Source: Candidatus Nanopelagicales bacterium (GTDB lineage: Bacteria; Actinomycetota; Actinomycetes; S36-B12). From it: 64,000 nt of DNA. The notes beneath the pieces were generated by a model. It was not told the DNA's origin. It did not search any database and was given only the letters and a program-made list of their open reading frames with translations. Positions 32,648 through 39,750 of this stretch are shown here, piece by piece. How positions within the stretch are numbered: the stretch's first letter is position 1; the number at the start of each line of letters is the position of its first letter. The DNA lies in assembly GCA_018402235.1 (NCBI GenBank), contig JAGYJJ010000004.1:201256-265255 (forward strand), read 5' to 3'. Both the position numbers and the translations under genes were made by a program.

Positions 32648-33513
32648 TGAACTACACCGAACCGGCAGACCTCCCCAACCCGGGAGATCCCAATGACCCG
32701 CACGAGTTCGAAACTGAACTTGACGTCAACGCCGATCAACTGGCAACTGGACACCCGGCGTCACCTGAACAAGTCCACTTGTCTCAGGCTCTGGGCGCGT
32801 TGGTTCGCGCCGATCAACTCTTCGCCGGATACTTTCCCGGCGTAAACATCCTCAATGGCACAGATTTGTACGCCAAGGACGGAGAGCTCGTTGGCATCAT
32901 CGGCCCAAATGGAGCTGGTAAGTCGACGCTACTGAAGGCGATCTTCGGACTCGTTCACATCAATGAGGGGGCCGTCTTACTACGCGATGAGGACATCACC
33001 AACCTTCGAGCCGACCAGCTGGTCAAGCGTGGGGTGGGATTCGTCCCCCAGACGAACAACGTATTTCCCTCTCTCACGATCGAAGAGAACATGGAAATGG
33101 GTGCCTTCCAAGACCCCAAAAGTTTCAGCGGGCGCTTCGACAAGGTCGTGGATTTATTCCCCACCCTGGGAGAACGCCGCAAGCAGCGGGCTGGATCACT
33201 GTCCGGTGGTGAACGCCAGATGGTGGCCATGGGTCGTGCATTGATGATGGAACCCAGCGTGTTGCTGTTGGACGAGCCGAGTGCGGGCCTATCCCCCGCG
33301 CTTCAGGACGAGGTATTCGTCCGAGTGCGTGAGATCAACCAGACCGGCGTAACGGTGATCATCGTCGAGCAGAACGCCCGTCGGTGCCTGCAAATTGTCG
33401 ATCGCGGATACGTTCTGGACCAGGGCAAGAACGCTTACACAGGATCGGGCAAGGAACTGGCCAACGATCCCAAGGTCGTCGAGCTCTACCTGGGAACCCT
33501 CGCCAAGGCCTAG
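32647..33513 (+). CDS. livF: Branched-chain amino acid ABC transporter ATP-binding protein (LivF family), with N-terminal extension
   Basis: ORF 32647..33513, 288 aa. The ATG overlaps the livG stop by 1 nt (TGATG). Motifs GPNGAGKSTLLKAIFG and LSGGERQMVAMGRAL. Confidence 0.9.
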   Translation: MNYTEPADLPNPGDPNDPHEFETELDVNADQLATGHPASPEQVHLSQALGALVRADQLFAGYFPGVNILNGTDLYAKDGELVGIIGPNGAGKSTLLKAIFGLVHINEGAVLLRDEDITNLRADQLVKRGVGFVPQTNNVFPSLTIEENMEMGAFQDPKSFSGRFDKVVDLFPTLGERRKQRAGSLSGGERQMVAMGRALMMEPSVLLLDEPSAGLSPALQDEVFVRVREINQTGVTVIIVEQNARRCLQIVDRGYVLDQGKNAYTGSGKELANDPKVVELYLGTLAKA

Positions 33514-33699
33514 CCGGCGAACCTCCCCGCGTGGACCGGCGAACCTCCCGCGTGGACCGGCGACCTCCCGCGTGGACCGGCGAGCCTCCCCGCGTGGACC
33601 GGCGAACCTCCCGCGTGACCGGCGAGCCTCCCGCGTGGACCGGCGAGCCTCCCGCGTGGACCGGCGAGCTCCCCGCGTGGACCGGCGAACCTCCCGGCG
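33514..33699 (+). repeat. Extragenic tandem repeat, about 8.8 units of 20-22 bp (array b; unit CCGGCGAACCTCCCCGCGTGGA)
   Basis: Units read at 33514, 33536, 33557, 33577, 33599, 33619, 33640 and 33661, with a partial unit at 33682. The array fills the whole gap between the livF stop (33513) and the DUF559 stop (33703). Confidence 0.95.
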
Positions 33700-33702
33700 T
33701 AA

Positions 33703-34503
33703 TCACCACCTTGCCGAGTTTCTGAGCATTCGCTCATTTCTAACCTGGCGCAACCTACTGACGATGGCGTGCGGATGGCGGAGATCCTCTTTTCGCACTA
33801 CGAGGACTTCCCATCCCTCATTGCGCAGGAGCTTGCGCCGCTCTTCGTCATGCTCAACCGTCTCGGCGTGCCAGTCGCCGTCGTACTCGGCACCGATCTT
33901 CAGCAGCGGGTAGGCCAGATCCAGGCGACAAACGATTTCGCCTCCGATAACGACACTCCAGTTGATCCGCGGCTCAGGAAGACCGCACGAGACCATAAAC
34001 CATCTCAAACGTGATTCTTGAGGGGACTCTGATCCGCAACGTAGCCAGGGCGCAACTGACCGTGCCCGACGTACTCCGCGTCGACCCCTAGACCACGCCA
34101 GGACCGACTCCACTTCTTCAATCGTGATTGCGCCTTCCTGCAGGCAGTAGTCGCCCATTGCCAACAAATGATCCTCGCTCACCAACGATGCGCAATCGAC
34201 CCAAGTTCTCGCCGCTGACGTTACACAAACACCACGTAGATTCAGACGGTGTTCCGGTGGCACATAGATCTCATGACCGTCTGTTCCATGTTGACGTGAG
34301 GCGTTTCCGCCACCGAACCTCGTAAGACTCACTACGCCTGATAGGACCGCCGCGGCTCGTGTGGCCGGTACCGGCATTCCCCACAGCGCAGCTGCGCTGA
34401 AGCCGACCACGATGCCTGGTGTTCGAGCCTTAGCTAACGCCAATCTGCAGTCTGCCTCAACGCTTGCCAGTTCATCAGGCGACCAGCCTGAACATCGCTC
34501 CAT
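33703..34503 (-). CDS. DUF559 (Vsr/PD-(D/E)XK-like endonuclease fold) domain protein
   Basis: ORF 33703..34521(-), which has a TTG start. The first ATG is at 34503 (MERCSGWSPDEL). C-terminal DUF559 signature: CRLDLAYPLLKIGAEYDGDWHAETVEHDEERRKLLRNEGWEVLVVRKEDL. Confidence 0.75.
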   Translation of the reverse strand: MERCSGWSPDELASVEADCRLALAKARTPGIVVGFSAAALWGMPVPATRAAAVLSGVVSLTRFGGGNASRQHGTDGHEIYVPPEHRLNLRGVCVTSAARTWVDCASLVSEDHLLAMGDYCLQEGAITIEEVESVLAWSRGRRGVRRARSVAPWLRCGSESPQESRLRWFMVSCGLPEPRINWSVVIGGEIVCRLDLAYPLLKIGAEYDGDWHAETVEHDEERRKLLRNEGWEVLVVRKEDLRHPHAIVSRLRQVRNERMLRNSARW

Positions 34504-34626
34504 GAACCCACTGTCAGACAATCACAGTGAGCCGGACTAGCCCCAACCGCGATCCTGTGGAAGTCGAAACCGCAGGCTGTTGACAAAGTGGCGGTTACTG
34601 AGGTTAACCCGACGCCCAAGGGGTCA

Positions 34627-34706
34627 GTTCGCCGGTTCCGGCGGGGAGGTTCGCCGGTTCCGGCGGGGAGGTTCGCCGGTTCCGGCGGGGAGGTTCGCGG
34701 GGAGGG
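34627..34706 (-). repeat. Extragenic tandem repeat, about 3.6 units of 22 bp (array c; same family, opposite orientation to array b)
   Basis: gttcgccggttccggcggggag x3 plus gttcgcggggaggg. The reverse complement rotates to CCGGCGAACCTCCCCGCCGGAA, 19/22 identical to the array b unit and 20/22 to array a. Confidence 0.95.
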
Positions 34707-34710
34707 AATG

Positions 34711-34750
34711 AGTCGGGGCCCTGCTCCGCTAAGGAAGCAGGGCCCCGACT
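34711..34750 (-). terminator. Perfect 15-bp GC-rich hairpin downstream of the binding-protein gene (probable intrinsic terminator, no clear U-tract)
   Basis: agtcggggccctgct (34711-34725) / agcagggccccgact (34736-34750) with a 10-nt loop, starting 21 nt after the stop at 34771. Confidence 0.55.
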
Positions 34751-34770
34751 GTCATGCGGGGTGCGGCGCC

Positions 34771-36105
34771 TTACGGCAGCGGCACGTCCGCAGTGACCTT
34801 GCCGATCTCTTCGAACTCGGTGTTCGAGGTGTACTCGTTCACTGCGATGGTGCCCTGAGCCAGATCGCCGTACTCATTGAAATCGACTGGGCCAGTGACG
34901 CCCTCGAAGTCGATCGCGGTACCGGCATCCAGCAGAGCCTTGCAGTCGGCCCAGGTGGAGCACTTCTCGCCACCGTTACCTGCAACCTCAGGCAGGAACG
35001 TGGCGATCGCAGTGCCGTCACCGCAACCGGCAGCCTCAGCGGCCAGCGCAATGAGCATCATCGAGTCGTAGGACTGTGCGCCGTAGGCGAAGTCCGTGAG
35101 GTCAGGATCGACCTCAAGCAGGCTGTTGTTGAACTCGGTGAGGTCAGCCTCACCCGAGGGCACGGTCGCCTTAACGCCGGTCATGGTGCCAGCCGGGAAA
35201 TCCGCGTACGCGGTGGTCGAGATGTTGCCGTCCACCAGGAAGATCTGGATGTCCTGCGGCCCAGCGCCCTGCTTGATCATCTCCTGCAGGAGCTTGACGG
35301 TCTCCTCGAAGCCGATCACAGTTACAGCCTGCGGACCGCTGGCGACGATCTCGCTCACCTCAGCAGCAAAGTCAGCCGCTGCGGGGTCGTAGAGCAGATC
35401 AGCGGTGATGGTGCCACCGGCAGCGCTGAAGTCCTTGACCACAGCATCCTTCAGGCCTTCGCCGTAAGGATCTTGACGAGCGATGACGGCCATCGACTCA
35501 ACGCCGCTATCGACTGCGTCGGCCGCGATGACTGCGCCCTGGAGCACGTCAGACGGCGAAACACGGAAGTAGAGGCCGTTGTCCGGGTAGGTGGTCAGCG
35601 CCGGCGCCGTGTTGGCCGGTGAGAACTGAACCACGCCGTTGGACGTGATCTTGTCGATAACGGTTAGCGACACGCCAGAGGACGCAGCGCCAATGATCGC
35701 CTGCACGCCCTGAGACAGGTGCGAGTCGACGGTCTGGCTTGCGATGTCCGTTGTGGTGTCGCCTGAATCACCCTCGATGTAGGTGACAGGGCTGCCGAGC
35801 ACGCCGCCTCCGGCGTCGATCTCGAGCAGTGCCTTGTCGACGCCGGCAAATTCCGGCGGCCCGAGGAAGGCGAGGTCACCCGTGGCCGGGAGCAGTGAGC
35901 CCACGATCAGGGTGTCGTTTTGGCAGGTTGCGTCGTCAGCGGCGGTGTCCTCTGCGGTATCTTCCGCAGCGGTCTCCTCAGCCACTGTCTCCTCAGCGGT
36001 CGTCTCGGCCGACGTTGCATCATCGTCTCCGCCGCCACAGGCAGCGAGAGCGAGGGAAGCAGCGCCGAGCACAGCGACGGCCTTGAGAGCCATAGTGCGC
36101 TTCAT
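34771..36105 (-). CDS. ABC transporter substrate-binding lipoprotein, branched-chain amino acid (LivJ/K-like, type 1 PBP) family
   Basis: ORF 34771..36150(-). ATG at 36105 preceded by AAGGAG. Signal plus lipobox MKRTMALKAVAVLGAASLALAAC, then a Thr/Glu/Asp-rich linker and a PBP-like body (IVGSLLPATGDLAFLGPPEFAG). Confidence 0.8.
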   Translation of the reverse strand: MKRTMALKAVAVLGAASLALAACGGGDDDATSAETTAEETVAEETAAEDTAEDTAADDATCQNDTLIVGSLLPATGDLAFLGPPEFAGVDKALLEIDAGGGVLGSPVTYIEGDSGDTTTDIASQTVDSHLSQGVQAIIGAASSGVSLTVIDKITSNGVVQFSPANTAPALTTYPDNGLYFRVSPSDVLQGAVIAADAVDSGVESMAVIARQDPYGEGLKDAVVKDFSAAGGTITADLLYDPAAADFAAEVSEIVASGPQAVTVIGFEETVKLLQEMIKQGAGPQDIQIFLVDGNISTTAYADFPAGTMTGVKATVPSGEADLTEFNNSLLEVDPDLTDFAYGAQSYDSMMLIALAAEAAGCGDGTAIATFLPEVAGNGGEKCSTWADCKALLDAGTAIDFEGVTGPVDFNEYGDLAQGTIAVNEYTSNTEFEEIGKVTADVPLP

Positions 36106-36246
36106 GCAGTTCTCCTTGGACATACGAAACGACGGCGAATGCCGTCGCATTGACCGTTACTCTAAGCGCACACCGGTTACCGGCAGGTAACCAGAAGGGG
36201 TCCCTAGACCGTTTCGTGATCGGAATGTGACCTGCTCGAACCTTAA
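36106..36246 (-). promoter_or_regulatory. Structured 141-nt leader/spacer between the ANTAR regulator gene and the binding-protein gene
   Basis: On the minus-strand RNA there are two hairpins. One has an 8-bp stem with hexaloop CUGCCG (36173-36194). The other is CGACGGC-AUUC-GCCGUCG followed by UUUCGU (36130-36147), about 12 nt before the AAGGAG RBS. Confidence 0.3.
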
Positions 36247-36843
36247 CTAGGGGGTGACCTGCCCAGCCAGGAGCGCGGTGGCCGCCTCGGCGAGGGTGAC
36301 ACGCCTGTCCATTGCCGCCCGGCGCAGCCAAGCAAACGCCTCCGGCTCGCTCATCCCATGGCCGCCTTGGAGCAGATTCTTGGCCTGCTCCACAGCCTCG
36401 CGGGAGGCAGCTCGCTCGCCCAACGAGGAAACCTGCGCCTTCAGATCTTGGATCTGCTGCCACCGGGCCATCGCCAACGAGATGGCGGGGTCAAGGTCGG
36501 CCATCGTGAACGGCTTAACTACGTACCCCACGGCTCCGGCTTCCGCGGCCTTGGTCGAGATATCGCGCTGGCTGAAGGCCGTGACCATGACAACGGCGCA
36601 AAGGTCCTCCGCTGCAATCTCCGCAGCCGCGGATAGACCATCTCGTTCCGGCATCGCGATGTCGAGGAAGACCATGTCCGGGCTTTCCGATCGAACGAGG
36701 TCCACTGCCTGCTGACCGTTGAATGCCTCACCCACAACCTGATGCCCGAGTTCACGGACCATCTCGACCAGGTCCATTCGGATCACCGCTTCGTCTTCGG
36801 CAACGACGATGCGCAAAGACGCGCCCTCAAGAACTCCAGACAT
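36247..36843 (-). CDS. pdtaR: Response regulator with ANTAR RNA-binding output domain (PdtaR-like)
   Basis: ORF 36247..36843(-), 198 aa. REC domain (RIVVAEDEAVIRMDL...DMVFLDIAMPERDG...VVKPF) plus an ANTAR C-terminus (REAVEQAKNLLQGGHGMSEPEAFAWLRRAAMDRRVTLAEAA). Confidence 0.85.
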   Translation of the reverse strand: MSGVLEGASLRIVVAEDEAVIRMDLVEMVRELGHQVVGEAFNGQQAVDLVRSESPDMVFLDIAMPERDGLSAAAEIAAEDLCAVVMVTAFSQRDISTKAAEAGAVGYVVKPFTMADLDPAISLAMARWQQIQDLKAQVSSLGERAASREAVEQAKNLLQGGHGMSEPEAFAWLRRAAMDRRVTLAEAATALLAGQVTP

Positions 36844-36936
36844 ACCCCAAGACTACGGCGGACCGGTCAATGTCGTCTGCCACCACCTTGCACTGACTCA
36901 TCTCCCTTACTTTCGAAGACCGGGAAGGGAAAGTTG

Positions 36937-37437
36937 ATGCAAAAGATCACGAAATCAGTAACCACTATCGCCAGTATCGCCTTGACTGCGGTCATCTTGC
37001 TGACAGCCTGCGGTGGCGAACAACTTGCCGAGCAGATCGGTGAGCAGGCCATCAACGGCGAAGTTCAGATCGACGACGATTCGATCTCCATCACCGACGA
37101 AGAAGGCAACGAGTTCAGTGCAGGCGGGGGGACTGAGCTCCCCGCATCGTGGCCAGCGAACGTGCCGGCATTTCCGGACGGTGATCTAGTGGTCGCGACG
37201 TCTATGTCCGAAGGATCCGCAACGGCTCTGTGGGAGACAACCCAGCCAGTTGACGCCGCAGCCGCTACCTACGAAGCCCTTCTGGTCTCAAGCGGGTTCA
37301 CCTTGGAACAAGATGCTGTTATCGATGGCACCATCGTCCGCAGCTACCGGGGTGACACACACATTGCCAATATGACCGTGGCAAAAGCTAATGGGTCAAC
37401 CAACATCAGCGTCTCCGTAGTCACGGATTTACGATGA
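36937..37437 (+). CDS. Hypothetical lipoprotein
   Basis: ORF 36742..37437. ATG at 36937 after GGGAAGGGA. MQKITKSVTTIASIALTAVILLTACGG (lipobox LLTAC). No recognisable family. Confidence 0.6.
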   Translation: MQKITKSVTTIASIALTAVILLTACGGEQLAEQIGEQAINGEVQIDDDSISITDEEGNEFSAGGGTELPASWPANVPAFPDGDLVVATSMSEGSATALWETTQPVDAAAATYEALLVSSGFTLEQDAVIDGTIVRSYRGDTHIANMTVAKANGSTNISVSVVTDLR

Positions 37438-37516
37438 TCGCACCTGCGTGCGACTCAACCAAACGGGTTCAGGCCGTATCCAGCGGGTAGAGGTTCGCCG
37501 CTAACCTTGTCTCCGC

Positions 37517-37590
37517 GCCCCGGTATCCCAACCGGTAGAGGAAGCGGTCTCAAACACCGTCCAGTGTGGGTTCGAATCCCACCCGGGGCA
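37517..37590 (+). tRNA. 74-nt tRNA with anticodon CAA (nominally Leu) on a class-I short-variable-loop body; CCA not encoded
   Basis: Cloverleaf read directly. Acceptor GCCCCGG/CCGGGGC (7 bp). D arm TCC-CAACCGGTAGA-GGA (has GG). Anticodon arm GCGGT-CTCAAAC-ACCGT (U33, CAA, A37). Variable loop CCAGT. T arm GTGGG-TTCGAAT-CCCAC. Discriminator A. Confidence 0.75.
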
Positions 37591-37684
37591 CGAGCGAGTG
37601 GAGCCGAGCTTGCTCGAGTTCCCGAGCGAGTGGCACGGGTTGAGCGAAGCGATCACCCGGGGCACGAGCGAGTGGAGCCGAGCT
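37580..37684 (+). repeat. 31-bp direct repeat (period 74 bp) duplicating the last 11 nt of the tRNA plus 20 nt of downstream sequence
   Basis: cacccggggcacgagcgagtggagccgagct occurs identically at 37580-37610 and 37654-37684. The core cgagcgagtgg appears a third time at 37623-37633. Confidence 0.9.
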
Positions 37685-37687
37685 GGC

Positions 37688-38104
37688 TCAACCTTGGACT
37701 CGCGCCCGCTCCACTCCGCTGAGAACCCCGTTCACGAATGCGGGAGATTCATCGGTCGATAACGAGGTCGCGAGCTCTACAGCTTCGGAAATTGCTACGC
37801 CGTTGGGGACGTCGTCGGCAAACAGGACCTCGAAAACCCCAATTCGAAGGATCGCACGATCGACGGCAGGCATCCGATCGACGGACCAACCCTCCGCAGC
37901 CGCCGCAATGGCCGCATCCACAGCCGCCTGATGTTCCACGATCCCTTCCACCAGAGCGACCGTATGCCCATTCAACGCTGGCTCACTGGCAGCCTCCCGC
38001 CGACGAATGTGATCGGCAAGCACCGATGGCACCGGGACGGATTTCGAGTCAGCCTCGAACAAGATGTCGAGGGCTCGCTTGCGCGCCTTGCTGCGGGCAG
38101 ACAT
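37688..38104 (-). CDS. nusB: Transcription antitermination factor NusB
   Basis: ORF 37688..38104(-), 138 aa. MSARSKARKRALDILFEADS...ISEAVELA. Adjacent to efp. Confidence 0.9.
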   Translation of the reverse strand: MSARSKARKRALDILFEADSKSVPVPSVLADHIRRREAASEPALNGHTVALVEGIVEHQAAVDAAIAAAAEGWSVDRMPAVDRAILRIGVFEVLFADDVPNGVAISEAVELATSLSTDESPAFVNGVLSGVERARVQG

Positions 38105-38668
38105 CTAGTCGTTCACGCGGCCAAGATATGAACCATCGCGCGTATCGACCTTGACCTTCGTATCCGACTCAACGAAGAGTGGTACTTGGATCTCAGCCCC
38201 TGTTTCGAGGGTTGCCGGCTTGGTGCCACCTGTGGACCGATCACCTTGGACGCCTGGTTCTGTGTAGGTGATCATCAGTTCGACCGACGCGGGCAGTTCG
38301 ACGATGATCGGCGTTCCCTCATGAACCGAAACATTGGCATTGTTGTTCTCAAGCAGGTACCTCTCCGCATCGCCTACCACTGCGCTAGGCACCGGCATCT
38401 GGTCGTAAGAGGAGGTGTCCATGAAGATGAAGTCGTCCCCGTCGCGATACAGGTATTGCATCTCTCGTCGATCCACTGTGGCTGTTTCAACCTTCACGCC
38501 CGCATTGAAGGTCTTGTCGACCACTTTGCCGGAGAGGACGTTCTTCAGTTTGGTGCGCACGAAGGCACCGCCCTTGCCAGGCTTCACGTGCTGAAACTCC
38601 ACGACGGCCCACAGCTGGCCGTCCAAGTTCAAAACTATGCCGTTTTTTAAGTCATTCGTGGTTGCCAC
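38105..38668 (-). CDS. efp: Elongation factor P
   Basis: ORF 38105..38680(-). GTG at 38668, preceded by GGGGAG, gives (M)[19 protein letters not shown]...[16 protein letters not shown]. Confidence 0.95.
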   Translation of the reverse strand: MATTNDLKNGIVLNLDGQLWAVVEFQHVKPGKGGAFVRTKLKNVLSGKVVDKTFNAGVKVETATVDRREMQYLYRDGDDFIFMDTSSYDQMPVPSAVVGDAERYLLENNNANVSVHEGTPIIVELPASVELMITYTEPGVQGDRSTGGTKPATLETGAEIQVPLFVESDTKVKVDTRDGSYLGRVND

Positions 38669-38706
38669 TGCACTCCCCAACTAGTCGAATCTTCGAGCTC
38701 TCGTTG

Positions 38707-39750
38707 CTAGCCGACGACGATCAGGTCTCGGGATGCACTCGTCAGCACTCGCGCCGCTCCACCCACGACGACCGTGTCTTCGATACGCACCCCACCGCGA
38801 CCAGGGAGGTAGATCCCGGGTTCAACGGTGATCGGCGAGCCGGCGCTGATGCTATCGGCGCTGGTTGCTAGAACCATCGGTGGCTCGTGGATCTGCAATC
38901 CCACCCCATGCCCCGTTCCGTGAGTGAACTCATCGCCGTAGCCAGCTTCCGAAATCACCGAGCGCGCCGCATCATCGACAACGCAAGCACCTACCCCGGG
39001 TACTGCGGCGTCGATTGCCGCCTGCTGCGCCAAACGGACAACGTCGTGAATCTCGCGTTGCCATGCATGTGGAGGTGTCCCAACTACGAACGTGCGAGTC
39101 ATATCCGCGTGATAGCCGGCAACCTTGGCGCCGCAATCAATCACGAGGAGATCGCCTTGCTGCAGGCAGCGCGCCGTGGGTTCATGATGCGGAATCGCGG
39201 AGTTGGGTCCGGAAGCGACGATGGTCGGAAATGCTCGATCGTCGGCTCCCAACTCTGCGAATATCCACTCTAGGCGTCGCGCAAGTTGTACTTCGCTATC
39301 GCCAGCAGATGCGCTCTGAACCACCACCTCGAGTCCGCGCGCCGTGATGTCACAGGCACGAGCAAGCACTTCGATTTCCCACTCGTCCTTCACCGCCCTC
39401 AGATCTCGCAGTGCATGGTCGGCCATGTGAACAACCACGTTTGCCTGCCGCAACCGATCAACCTGGTCGACGGTGAGTTGCGGATCGACGCTTATCGATT
39501 GCAGATTCAGCGCAAGGATGGCTGCCACGGCGTCGCGCTCGATAACGACCGCAACGTCGGTGGTTTCGGACTCGGCCTGGTCTCGGTAACGACCATCCGT
39601 TATAAGCGTTGCGCTCTCATCTGACAACAGCAAGGCCCCATTGCTACCCGAAAAGCCAGTGAGATATCGAATCGTCGGCAAGTCCCGAGTCAGGAAGGGT
39701 CCACCACCGACTGCCATCCGGGCGCGCTCGCAGCGCATCGCAAACGGCAT
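38707..39750 (-). CDS. M24-family Xaa-Pro aminopeptidase/dipeptidase
   Basis: ORF 38707..39927(-). The upstream part overlaps aroQ, and the ATG at 39750 shares 1 nt with the aroQ stop. Motifs DCGAKVAGYHADMTRT and HGTGHGVGLQIHEPP. Confidence 0.85.
   Translation of the reverse strand: MPFAMRCERARMAVGGGPFLTRDLPTIRYLTGFSGSNGALLLSDESATLITDGRYRDQAESETTDVAVVIERDAVAAILALNLQSISVDPQLTVDQVDRLRQANVVVHMADHALRDLRAVKDEWEIEVLARACDITARGLEVVVQSASAGDSEVQLARRLEWIFAELGADDRAFPTIVASGPNSAIPHHEPTARCLQQGDLLVIDCGAKVAGYHADMTRTFVVGTPPHAWQREIHDVVRLAQQAAIDAAVPGVGACVVDDAARSVISEAGYGDEFTHGTGHGVGLQIHEPPMVLATSADSISAGSPITVEPGIYLPGRGGVRIEDTVVVGGAARVLTSASRDLIVVG

Noticed and set aside
33514-34706. CRISPR array interpretation of the 20-22 bp repeats
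   Set aside because: The units are directly abutting with no unique spacers, the repeat length is below the typical CRISPR range, and there are no cas genes in the window. These are plain tandem (minisatellite/REP-like) arrays.
34588-35622. 344-aa ORF on the + strand
   Set aside because: It is entirely antisense to the well-supported binding-protein gene. It starts inside repeat array c, has an Arg/Gly/Val-rich composition typical of GC-rich shadow ORFs, and has no recognisable motifs.
37483-37500. Degenerate solo copy of the 22-bp repeat (GGTAGAGGTTCGCCGC) just upstream of the tRNA
   Set aside because: Only the 10-mer AGGTTCGCCG matches exactly and the flanks diverge with an indel. A 10-mer match in a GC-rich 64-kb window could be chance.
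37591-37687. Integrated mobile element at the tRNA 3' end
   Set aside because: Only 43 bp separate the two direct-repeat copies. No integrase, excisionase or cargo gene is present, and nusB follows immediately. At most this is a scar.
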